Assembly: GCA_963779755.1 (NCBI GenBank)
Contig: CAVZZO010000003.1
Location: 352,001 to 416,000, forward strand
Length of the DNA stretch: 64,000 nt
Direction: 5' to 3'
Source of the DNA: an uncultured Gemmatimonadales bacterium
GTDB lineage: Bacteria > Gemmatimonadota > Gemmatimonadetes > Gemmatimonadales > GWC2-71-9
The notes beneath the pieces were generated by a model that saw only the letters and a list, made by a program, of their open reading frames with translations, was not told the DNA's origin and did no database searches. A program made the position numbers and the translations under genes. Of the stretch, positions 11,113-19,577 are shown piece by piece; the stretch's first letter is position 1; the number at the start of each line of letters is the position of its first letter.

Positions 11113-11256
11113 CGAAGTGCGCGAGAGCAGCGGTGCGATGTCCTGCGCCCTTCACAAGCCTGTGCTTCCAGAGCGAGACAGCTAGACCGCGGGGACATGC
11201 GTCGGTGGCCCATGCCGCCGGCCCGAGGGCCACGGCCTAGCAGCTCGACACGTGAG

Positions 11257-12072
11257 CTAGGGGCCACTTTGCTTTGCCGCTCGTGCTGTCCAAGCCCTCG
11301 CTGTCAGGACTATGGAGCCGTCCTCGTTGCGGGGCAACGTTGCTGCCAGCCGTCTCGCGAGGTCTTGCTGTTTCTGGGCGGCGAGTGAAGACAAATAACC
11401 CGGAGCCGGACCAGGCCCGCCAACGAAGGGGGTCCAGTAGTCAGCAAAGTCCTCGAAGCGCGTTGTAACCTCAAGCGCCTCCACCCCAACATGAGAGAAG
11501 CCCGCCTCCCGGAAAGCAGCTTCCAACGCGGAGCGGGAGCAGATCGGGAAGCGCTCCCCCTCATCGTGCTGACGAGCAGTAGGGTCAAGCTCGACTGCGG
11601 CGTCCCAGAACCGGCGGAGGAACTCCATCCCTCCGGCATAGTCCCAGACGCACGCGGCCACCAGGCCGTCTTCGGCTGCCAGTGACCTCATCTCTCGAAG
11701 GGCCGCCGTTGGATCCGGGAGGAAGTTCAAGACGAGAGAGGAAGCCACGACGTCGTAGCCAGCCGCTCTGGTCGGTAATTTGGCCGCAGTGGCAGTAAGG
11801 AACTGAACCCTTTGATCTGGAAGCGCGGCGCGAGCATGCTCGATAAACTGGTCGGACGCGTCCGTCGCCACCACGGAACCGGGGCGCCCCATCTCGAGTA
11901 TCGCCGAGGTCAGAGCCCCCGTGCCGCAGCCGACTTCGAGCCAATGGCGGCTCGGAGGCACGCCCAGCCACACCACGAAGGCGCGGGCCAACTCCCGACT
12001 CCACCGTCCCATGAAACGCTCATACGCACTCGCACTTTCCCAGACATCCCTGGGAGAATCGTGAGGCATCAT
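11257..12072 (-). CDS. Class I SAM-dependent methyltransferase (cassette)
   Basis: YERFMGRWS, WLEVGCGTG motif I, VWDYAGGM. Confidence 0.9.
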   Translation of the reverse strand: MMPHDSPRDVWESASAYERFMGRWSRELARAFVVWLGVPPSRHWLEVGCGTGALTSAILEMGRPGSVVATDASDQFIEHARAALPDQRVQFLTATAAKLPTRAAGYDVVASSLVLNFLPDPTAALREMRSLAAEDGLVAACVWDYAGGMEFLRRFWDAAVELDPTARQHDEGERFPICSRSALEAAFREAGFSHVGVEALEVTTRFEDFADYWTPFVGGPGPAPGYLSSLAAQKQQDLARRLAATLPRNEDGSIVLTARAWTARAAKQSGP

Positions 12073-12375
12073 GGTTTGTTGTAGCCGCCTAACGAAGTGC
12101 GCGTGAGCTGCGGCGCCGCAGAACGACGCGCTTGTTAGCCCGCACCGCGAACTGCTTACCACGGCTGCACGACCGAGCGACCGCGGACCTGGAGAGGGAA
12201 TGGCTATCCTCTCGGCTCATACCGCATCGCTACCGCCCCTGAGCAGTACTCCACCCGGCCTACGAGCCTCAAATCGATAACCTCCGACAGCCCCGCAAAC
12301 AAAGTCGGACCATGGCCCACGAGCCGTGAGTGCAACACGAACTTCGTTTATCCGCACCGCTAGTCCGACATCTTG

Positions 12376-12762
12376 TCAGCGAGCTTGCTTGGGCTGGAAC
12401 AATTCAACCGGATTCCCGGCTGGGTCTTCTATCAGGACTTGATCCCCGCCGATCCCCCTGATGCGATCGCTCCGAAACCGCACCCCCGCGGCGCGCAAGC
12501 GCGTGATCTCCGCCGCTAGGTCCTCGACGACCAGCTGAAAGCGGTTCCAGCCTCCCGGCTCTGGACGCCGGCCATCGGCCAAGACCTGACCACCTCCACC
12601 CGCACTATTCGGGGCGCTGAGGAGCAGTCGGAAACCCTCTCGGGAGAGCATTGCGAATGGAGGAGCGGGATGCATGTCAAGCTGGAATCCAAGCTGCTGG
12701 GTGTAAAAGACGATGGCCTCGTCGACATCCTCCACTATGTATCGTACGGTGATATCAGACAT
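12376..12762 (-). CDS. VOC/glyoxalase-family protein (cassette)
   Basis: VRYIVEDVDEAIVFY...PGGWNRF...DPAGNPVELFQP. Confidence 0.85.
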   Translation of the reverse strand: MSDITVRYIVEDVDEAIVFYTQQLGFQLDMHPAPPFAMLSREGFRLLLSAPNSAGGGGQVLADGRRPEPGGWNRFQLVVEDLAAEITRLRAAGVRFRSDRIRGIGGDQVLIEDPAGNPVELFQPKQAR

Positions 12763-12933
12763 CGGTTCTTCCAGGACCCGGGTAGTGCGGTTTGATGAGG
12801 TGCGTAACAGCGGCGGCGCGATGCCGCGCTCCTCCATCAAACCTACACTTCCGCAGCCCGGCGGCTAGGTGCCCGGGAAATGGACAAAGAGGCCGCGCGA
12901 CCGGCCCGCAGAACGACGCGCTTAGCCAGCAGC

Positions 12934-13455
12934 CTATTGACTAGGGACCAGAGACACTGGCGCCCATCGATGCTGGCGCGAACCTAGCAAGCCACCGATC
13001 AGAGCACCGACACCTACGAAAGTGGTTGCGCCGACGACCCACCGGCCATCCCTCTGGACCGGAGAATCCGGGTCATTGAATGCAATTGAACCGAGAACCA
13101 AGACCCCAGCCGCAATTCCGCCGCCGAGCAGTGCCCCTTTCCACGTTCCAGAGCCGCCGCTCACTGCGAGTTGCCGTAGCTTCTCAACCGAGGCCACTCG
13201 AATACTACCGGAATCGGGCCATGGACACTGCGGCTCCCGATACGGGCAGTAAGTCAGCGCAGTGTCACCAGCATTAAGGGGTATCACGAGACGTCCGATC
13301 ACCACGTCGGCATCAGGCGCTCGGAATCTGACCAGGCTGCCAGAAGGAAGGGGAAGGCGCTGAGGAGTCTGGGCGGCCACTATGCTGACGCAGGACAATG
13401 AGATCAAGCCCACTATGCAGGAACGCACCGAAGCCTCCGGAAAAGCCCTGGCCAA
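12934..13455 (-). CDS. Hypothetical exported glycine-zipper membrane protein (cassette)
   Basis: Signal-like start, YCxYxxPxC motif, GAxxG hydrophobic helices; paralog of 25600-26100. Confidence 0.6.
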   Translation of the reverse strand: MARAFPEASVRSCIVGLISLSCVSIVAAQTPQRLPLPSGSLVRFRAPDADVVIGRLVIPLNAGDTALTYCPYREPQCPWPDSGSIRVASVEKLRQLAVSGGSGTWKGALLGGGIAAGVLVLGSIAFNDPDSPVQRDGRWVVGATTFVGVGALIGGLLGSRQHRWAPVSLVPSQ

Positions 13456-13642
13456 ATCTGATTCCGGCCCATCCCCTGAGCGTGACCTCGCTGCGGGCTA
13501 ACGAAGTGCGTGTCAGCGGCGGCGCGATGCCCCGCCCTTTCACAATCCTACGCCTCCACAGCGCGACGCTGGATCCACGGGAGATGCCGCGCGCGGCCCC
13601 GGCACCGGCCTGCAGAACGACGCGCATGTTAGGCGGCGGCGT

Positions 13643-14014
13643 TCATCGAGTGAGGTTGGCAATGTTCTTCAGTACCGCGCCCCACGCGACCCCGAGCAAG
13701 CCGGCTAACATCAGGGCATACAGTTCAAGCATAAGCGCCCAGCGGCCCACTTGACGCGTCTTCCAGGAATACCATGAAATGGCAAATGGAAGGAGCAGGT
13801 ACAGGAAGAACCCCGCATCCATTGCCCTGGTCAGGCCATGTCGCCGAACATTAGGTGCTAGCCACGTTACCACGGCGAGAGGCGGCACTATGGCAAGGAT
13901 GAGCCACATTCCTTGCGACGGCGGAACCCCCAGGAGGGAATAGAGCATGCCGAACAGCAGACACGAGCCGGTGATGATGTACAGCTTGTACCGGGGTGTC
14001 TCGACCTCGTCCAT
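13643..14014 (-). CDS. Hypothetical membrane protein (cassette)
   Basis: Four hydrophobic segments, GGAGGAG RBS, fills the inter-attC space. Confidence 0.7.
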   Translation of the reverse strand: MDEVETPRYKLYIITGSCLLFGMLYSLLGVPPSQGMWLILAIVPPLAVVTWLAPNVRRHGLTRAMDAGFFLYLLLPFAISWYSWKTRQVGRWALMLELYALMLAGLLGVAWGAVLKNIANLTR

Positions 14015-14171
14015 TGCTCCTCCGTTCAGGCCGTCCGCCTAACGAAGTGCGCGTGTGCTGCGGCGCGAACCCAACTTCCTTCACAAACTTACGGTTCCGC
14101 AGCGCGGCCGCTAGATGCCGGGGAGAGGCACTACGCGGCCGCACCGCCGGCCCTGTCAGCTCGACGCGCTC

Positions 14172-14708
14172 ATGTACGCGGATCCTTTCGGGTTGAGAGG
14201 CTGTCCAGATGTTACGGGAACTGACCCGAATAGTCTAGACGATTGTCCGGAGCGATCCCCAGGTTACTATGCTGCTCGCATTGCCAAGGGTGAAGGTAGC
14301 AGGGTGTTGAATACGGCTTTGGGAGTACTCGCCACGATGGGTCAGGTGCTGGCGGAGCATACGACGGGGAGTGTCACAGTCGGTGAAGAAAGTATCGAGA
14401 CGGATGCCTATGGACTCACGGGTGGACTGGAAAATGGCAATACCAGAGTAGTGCAACGAGTCGGACTTCCCCAGATAGGAGGAAGCCTCGGATTCACTGT
14501 TGGGAATCCGGGTACTGGCGCCGTTGATTTTGGATGGAGCAAGCATCTCGGCATCACGATTCATACCGTGCCCAGTCCTGAAGGCGGCGGAATCTCTGGA
14601 ATCACCTTCAATCTCGGAATCGGCACACCGACCCTTATCGGCATCCAGGACCGGACAGTCGTGTCGCAACCGATTCCCAAATGCCTCGTCTCATGTGCAC
14701 ATGAGTAG
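14172..14708 (+). CDS. Orphan Rhs-type toxin C-terminal tip A (Gly-rich)
   Basis: Begins MYADPFGL, matching the YxDPxGL motif that ends the Rhs core; followed by an overlapping small gene. Confidence 0.7.
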   Translation: MYADPFGLRGCPDVTGTDPNSLDDCPERSPGYYAARIAKGEGSRVLNTALGVLATMGQVLAEHTTGSVTVGEESIETDAYGLTGGLENGNTRVVQRVGLPQIGGSLGFTVGNPGTGAVDFGWSKHLGITIHTVPSPEGGGISGITFNLGIGTPTLIGIQDRTVVSQPIPKCLVSCAHE

Positions 14709-14937
14709 TCTACTTGGGTGGTTTCTGGTTGCCGGGGGAATTTTCTACATCGGCGCTGCTGCGTTCGACTGGATTGGGCGAGCAGCAAGTGTGCCCATCG
14801 TGAAGTGGCTTATCCTGCCGCTCCGCATAGGTGAAATACGCTGGGTTGGTGGTGGCAATCGACGATTTGCCGCTACCCTCGGCATCTTTCTTCTAGTCAT
14901 CGGCTTGCTACTCGTCTTGTTCGGTCCTGAACGATAG
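14701..14937 (+). CDS. Putative two-TM immunity protein (Imm17-like)
   Basis: MSSLLGWFLVAGGIFYIGAAAFDW...; overlaps toxin stop; Imm17 resemblance is from recollection and needs an HMM check. Confidence 0.6.
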   Translation: MSSLLGWFLVAGGIFYIGAAAFDWIGRAASVPIVKWLILPLRIGEIRWVGGGNRRFAATLGIFLLVIGLLLVLFGPER

Positions 14938-14945
14938 GCTGCCGA

Positions 14946-15435
14946 AGGAGCCGGCCTCGTCTAGCCTGGGGCGCTCGCAGTGCCTCCGGGTTGTCGGGCC
15001 TGAGCTCCGAGGGGTCGGGTCTAGTTAGGAGCCTCGCGGGCTGCCGCGCGTGGCGGACCTCGGCCGGCGGAAAAGGAAAGTGGTGGGGGCCCCACGAGTT
15101 CAGCGGAACCCATCGGCTCCAGACCTGCCGCGAGCCGGCTCCCTCGTCGGGCGTCATGCGCCCACGGGAGCAGACGGGGTCACCCCACCGGCTCCAAGGT
15201 GCTACCCGGTCCTTCGATTGTCAAAGAGCGCCGCGTTCCGCGTGCCGGCGGGATCCTGGCACCACCCTCATAGGTCGTTGAGGCTCGGGGCCTCCCACAT
15301 CTTCATGGATGCTCTCCGATCCGCGGCCGGGCGGCCAGCAACACTCTGTGCGCGGAGCTCACCGAAGACGCCGGCGGCTCAAGGCAAATAGTGGGCGGCC
15401 CGGCCGCGCACGCGCGGCTCCCCACCGATCTCCGG
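14946..15435. ncRNA. Candidate bridge/seekRNA-encoding non-coding region of the IS110 element (copies at 23197-23687 and 29671-30156)
   Basis: Conserved, hairpin-rich, no credible ORF, downstream of the recombinase as in IS1111-type elements; contains GTCTAGTTA (15019-15027) matching the insertion junction. Confidence 0.55.
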
Positions 15436-16704
15436 CTATTCGCTCACCACCGGCTCTGCCCGATGCCGCTGCGCCTCCCAGCGCTCCCGCTCGAACGGCT
15501 GGCCCGAGTGGAGTACGGCCAGGAGGAGCGGCACCAGCTTGCGCGCCACCGCACAGACCGCCTTGGTCCGGAGCCCGCCATTGCGGGCCAGCAGGGCCTG
15601 ATAGTACGCGCGGTAGAGCCCCCGGGGCTGGCACCAGCGGCCGCCCAGGAGGAACAGCTGGCGGCGGAGCAGCGGCCGGCCCCGTTTGGACTGTTTGCGC
15701 CGCCCCTGCACGCTGCCGCTGGAACGCTCGACCAGATTCATGCCTGCGAGTTTCAGCACCTGGCGGGGATGAGTGAAGCGCTCCGGAGTGCCCAGCTCGG
15801 CCACAATCGTAGCCGCACAGGTGGCACTCACCTCGGGAATGGTGGTCAGCGCCTTGGCGGCGGGACACTGCTCCACCAAGGCGGCGATCTGCTGGTTCAA
15901 CACCGCGAGCTGCTCCCGCAGGAGGTCCCAGCGGGCCAGGAGCTGCTGGATCTCCAACCGCCGCTCGGGAGCGGCGTCGGCCAGGGCGACACTGGTGCGG
16001 GCGGACTCGCGCAGGACGTGGAGCCGCTCCGGGCCCACGTGGCCCCGCGAGACGGACCGCGCCAGGCGCGTCACCGCGGCCGGGGCGGCCGCCAGGAAGT
16101 CCTGCGGCAGCGGCCAACGCGCCAGCAGGGCGCGCGGGGTGGGCTTGCGCACCTGCGAGAAGTGCGTCAGGAACTCGGGCCAGGCCAGGTCGAGCAGGCT
16201 CTGGAGACGGTTCTTGAACCGGGTTTCCTCGACGGTTAACCGGTGCCGGTGGGTGGTGAGCAGCCGCAGCTCGAGATACGGGGGCTGCAGCGCCGGATAT
16301 CCCACGAAGATCCCCAGGCTCACCAGCTTGCAGATCTCGGCGGCATCCTTCGCGTCCGTCTTGTTGGGGCTGTTATCCTCCAGTTCCTTGGCCCGCTTGG
16401 TGTGGGCCGGCAGGATATTGACCAGCGCATAGCCGCGCGCCCGCAGGCACTCGGCAAACGTGAAGCCGTGATGGCCGGCGAACTCCAGCCCCACCAGCAT
16501 CTGTCCGGGCCGGATGCCGGGAAACCAGGCCGTCAACTGCGCCGCGGCGGCCTCGAAGCCCGCGCGGCTCACCGGCACCCGGACCGGCTTCGTGCGGCGC
16601 CCATCGGGGCCCTGAGCAACCAGCACGTGGACCCGCTTCGCGGTATCCACGCCTACGTGAACGGGGAACGTGCGGGTATAGGCAGACTTTTCGTCGGGGG
16701 TCAT
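15436..16704 (-). CDS. IS110-family recombinase/transposase
   Basis: DEDD residues in HVGVDTAK, GLEFAG and KTDAKDA; C-terminal SSGS serine motif and AVARKL; ATG at 16704 has GGAG RBS (ORF track extends to 16731). Confidence 0.95.
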   Translation of the reverse strand: MTPDEKSAYTRTFPVHVGVDTAKRVHVLVAQGPDGRRTKPVRVPVSRAGFEAAAAQLTAWFPGIRPGQMLVGLEFAGHHGFTFAECLRARGYALVNILPAHTKRAKELEDNSPNKTDAKDAAEICKLVSLGIFVGYPALQPPYLELRLLTTHRHRLTVEETRFKNRLQSLLDLAWPEFLTHFSQVRKPTPRALLARWPLPQDFLAAAPAAVTRLARSVSRGHVGPERLHVLRESARTSVALADAAPERRLEIQQLLARWDLLREQLAVLNQQIAALVEQCPAAKALTTIPEVSATCAATIVAELGTPERFTHPRQVLKLAGMNLVERSSGSVQGRRKQSKRGRPLLRRQLFLLGGRWCQPRGLYRAYYQALLARNGGLRTKAVCAVARKLVPLLLAVLHSGQPFERERWEAQRHRAEPVVSE

Positions 16705-16800
16705 GGCGCGGCTCCGGGTGGAGGGAATCACAGGAGTCGCGGAAGGAGCTACGGGCCGCGCAGCGGCGTCAAGCGGGTATAGATGTCTAGTTAAGCGACT

Positions 16801-17107
16801 ATGCTCGGGTTGCGTACTTCACGGGGAGGTCAAGACTCCGCTCTCTTCTGCGGGGAGGCTCGACTCGAGGCCGGGGTGCTCCTGCGGCGACTCCGGCGGG
16901 GCGAGAAGCTCGGGCTCCCGCACTCCCGACCGATACCGGGACTCGGCCGGCGGTGTCAAGAGTTGCGGATTCCCGACCAAGGACGCCACCTGGCGGATCA
17001 TCTATCGGCTCGATCGAGACGCAATCGTGATTGTGGAGGTCTTTGCGAAGAGCCAAGCGACTCCACAACAGGTCCTGGCCACGTGCGCGCGGCGGCCGAA
17101 CCACTAG
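16801..17107 (+). pseudogene. RelE/HigB (Gp49-like) toxin, frameshifted
   Basis: LHGEVKTP, ARLEAGVLLRRL...PHSRP and WRIIYRLDRDAIVIVEVFAK lie in different frames. Confidence 0.7.
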
Positions 17108-17136
17108 GATGCGGTGAGCCGCGGGGAGGATTGATC

Positions 17137-17277
17137 ATGAACAAACGGAAGCAGAAGCGGCTGGAAGCTGCCGGCTGGCGGGTGGGAACGACCACCGACT
17201 TCCTCGACCTCTCCCCTGAGGAGGCCGCCTTGGTGGAGCTGCGCCTGAAGCTGAGCGCGGCCCTCCGTCGAATCTGA
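17137..17277 (+). pseudogene. Truncated HigA/XRE antitoxin
   Basis: MNKRKQKRLEAAGWRVG...FLDLSPEE N-terminus ends before the HTH. Confidence 0.65.
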
Positions 17278-17446
17278 GTGGGTTGCTGGCTAACGAAGTG
17301 CGCGTGTGCTGCGGCGCGAACCTTCAGGTCTTCACAAACCTACGCGTCCTTATCCGTGCCACTAGGAGCCCGAGAGACTAGAGGAGACCGGCGCGACCGG
17401 CCCCGCAGAACGAAGCGCTAGTGAGGTGGCCCACTGCGGCCGCTCA

Positions 17447-17629
17447 CTACACTTCGTACGAGATCGGAAGGGCATGCAAGCACTCGGGGCAGAAATAGAT
17501 GCGGCGGGCGACGACAACCGAGCGGGCGCGCTTGTAGAAGATTCTGTCGAGCGAGGCATCACACGAGGGACATAGCGGGACCAGATCGCCCCTCTCCTCA
17601 TACGTGATTTTGGAATAGCGCTCCATCAT
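17447..17629 (-). CDS. Small zinc-ribbon protein (cassette)
   Basis: CPSC...CPEC pairs in 60 aa. Confidence 0.55.
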   Translation of the reverse strand: MMERYSKITYEERGDLVPLCPSCDASLDRIFYKRARSVVVARRIYFCPECLHALPISYEV

Positions 17630-17889
17630 GCCGCCCCCATCGTTAGAGCATGAAGTCAAGGAAGCCGAGGGATGGAACCGGGGCTCGAGCCCGACAAAGC
17701 AGGATGCCCTCCCTCCGGGGTGAGCCATTCCGCGCCACCTAACGAAGTGCACGTGTGCTGCCGCGCGAGCCTTCAGGTCTTCACAAACCTACGCGTCCTT
17801 AGCCGCACCGCCAGGGCCGGAGCGTGCGCCCGCGGCCCTCGCGACCGGCCCGCCTGCTGCAAACACTGGTTAGACCGCAGCGTCCGCCA

Positions 17890-17918
17890 TTGACAGATAG
17901 ACGCCAGCGGCGTATATT
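17890..17918 (+). promoter_or_regulatory. Sigma70-type promoter of TA cassette
   Basis: TTGACA-17 nt-TATATT immediately upstream of the toxin frame. Confidence 0.75.
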
Positions 17919-17923
17919 GACGC

Positions 17924-18235
17924 ACGGAACTGATCGAAACAGCGGTCTTTACCAAACAAGCGACCGCCGAATGGTCGGCGGAGGCGTACCGGGCTTTCCA
18001 GCTCTACCTGGTGCTCAACCCGGAGGCCGGGGCCGTCATTCCCGGCGCCGGCGGTCTACGAAAGGTCCGCTGGCGACTGCCAGGCCGGGGCAAGCGCGGT
18101 GGTGCCCGGGTGATCTACTACTACAAGAATGCCGCGGGCCGGATCTACCTCTTGTTCCTGTATCCGAAGCACGTGCGGAGTGATCTGAGCCCCGGGGAGC
18201 TGCGGACGCTCCGGGCTCTCGTGGAGTCGGAGTGA
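17924..18235 (+). CDS. RelE/HigB-family toxin
   Basis: xELIETAVF...NPEAGAVIPGAGGLRKVRW...GKRGGARVIYY; homologous start position is ACG. Confidence 0.8.
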   Translation, partial: TELIETAVFTKQATAEWSAEAYRAFQLYLVLNPEAGAVIPGAGGLRKVRWRLPGRGKRGGARVIYYYKNAAGRIYLLFLYPKHVRSDLSPGELRTLRALVESE

Positions 18236-18251
18236 TTCATTGACCGAGAGG

Positions 18252-18602
18252 ATGACCATGCGCAAGGACCTGTTCGACCAACTGCTGGCCAGCATCACGC
18301 AGATGAAGGAGATCGAGGCGGGCCGCCGGAAGCCCTCCCGGGTAACCCGCGGGGAGGACTTGCTGGCCAGCGAGCCCCCCGACGTCGCGGCCCTCCGTGC
18401 CCACTTTGGCTTGAGCCAGAGCAAGTTCGCGGCGCTACTTGGCATCAGCGTGGATACTCTGCAGAACTGGGAGCAGCATCGCCGCACGCCCGAGGGGCCT
18501 GCTCGGGTGCTTCTTCGTGTCGCCGCGACTCATCCGGAGGCGCTGCTTTCGATCTCCCAGAACCCCGCCCCCCGCCGTCGCGCCCGCAAAATAGCCGTCT
18601 AG
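18252..18602 (+). CDS. HigA/NadS-like HTH antitoxin
   Basis: LSQSKFAALLGISVDTLQNWEQHRRTPEGPA. Confidence 0.85.
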   Translation: MTMRKDLFDQLLASITQMKEIEAGRRKPSRVTRGEDLLASEPPDVAALRAHFGLSQSKFAALLGISVDTLQNWEQHRRTPEGPARVLLRVAATHPEALLSISQNPAPRRRARKIAV

Positions 18603-18806
18603 CCGCCTCGACCGACGCCACGGAGCGAGGTGCTGCGGTCTAACGAAGTGCGCGTGTGTTGCAGCGCGATCCCCACCTCCTTCACAAACCTACGTTTCCG
18701 CAGCGCGGCCGCTAGATCGACGGGAAATGCACCAACCGCCGGCAGCCCCCGGCCTGCAGAACGATGCTGCTTGTTAGGAGGCGCCCGGCGTATTACATTG
18801 CATGAC

Positions 18807-19028
18807 ATGAAAAGCTCAGCCCTGACCATCCGCCTCGATCCCGAATTGGAGCGAGAGCTCGCCCGGGTGGCGAAACGCTCCGGCCGTTCCCGCAGCCAGG
18901 TCGTCCGCGACGCCTTACGCCGTCAACTGGCGATCGCTCAATTCCAGGATCTCCGCCGCCGGATCATGCCGCTCGCTGAGGCTGCCGGCTACCTGACCGA
19001 TGAGGATGTCTTTCGCGACGTCTCGTGA
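18807..19028 (+). CDS. CopG/RHH antitoxin
   Basis: LTIRLDPEL...SRSQVVRDAL...GYLTDEDVF. Confidence 0.85.
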   Translation: MKSSALTIRLDPELERELARVAKRSGRSRSQVVRDALRRQLAIAQFQDLRRRIMPLAEAAGYLTDEDVFRDVS

Positions 19029-19426
19029 GAGTCTTCTTCGATACCAATGTGCTGGTGAGCGCATTGGCTACTCGGGGGCTATGCGCTGACCTCTTCCAAG
19101 CTACTCTGGCGGACCATGATCTTCTCATTGGCGAAACGGTCATCGCCGAACTCACGGACGTTCTCAAACGTAAATTCCACGCCAGTGCCGCGAACCTCGC
19201 TGAAATCGAAGCGCTCCTGCGTCGGCATGGCGAAGTCATTCACAGTGAGCGGCTACTGCAGGTGAGGATCCGTGATCCCAAAGATCGAGCGATTCTCGCG
19301 GAAGCCGTTGCTGGTCGGGCAGATATCCTGGTCACAGGGGACCGTGACCTTCTCTCCATCACCGCCCGCGCGCCGATACCAATTCGCTCGCCCAGGGAGT
19401 TTTGGGAGGCCCTCCGGTCGAAATAG
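19025..19426 (+). CDS. PIN-domain toxin
   Basis: VFFDTNVLVSA...RDPKD...ADILVTGDRDLL. Confidence 0.9.
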   Translation: MRVFFDTNVLVSALATRGLCADLFQATLADHDLLIGETVIAELTDVLKRKFHASAANLAEIEALLRRHGEVIHSERLLQVRIRDPKDRAILAEAVAGRADILVTGDRDLLSITARAPIPIRSPREFWEALRSK

Positions 19427-19577
19427 CTCCGATACTTAGCGCCTCCTAACGAACTGCGCGTGTGCTGCAGCGCGATCCCGACTTCCTTCACAAACCTACG
19501 TTTCCGCAGCGCCGCCGCTAGATGCCCGGGACATGCTCCGATGCCGGCAGCACCGGCCCGCCCATTGGAAACGCTAG

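Larger units (their letters stand above)
14171..16788 (-). mobile_element. IS110-family composite element, copy 1, inserted in attC with toxin-immunity cargo A
   Basis: The attC starting at 14040 breaks after GACGCGCT (14170) and resumes as AGTTAAG at 16789; CT on both sides; ends CATGTACGCGGATCCTTTCGGG and AAGCGGGTATAGATGT are identical in all three copies. Confidence 0.9.

Noticed and set aside
15019..15033. Alternative model in which the toxin cargo is a separate mini-element ending at GT-CT-AGTTAGG
   Set aside because: It would leave the attC remainder at 16789 without a matching left arm; a single element with ends at 14171 and 16788 explains all three loci more simply.
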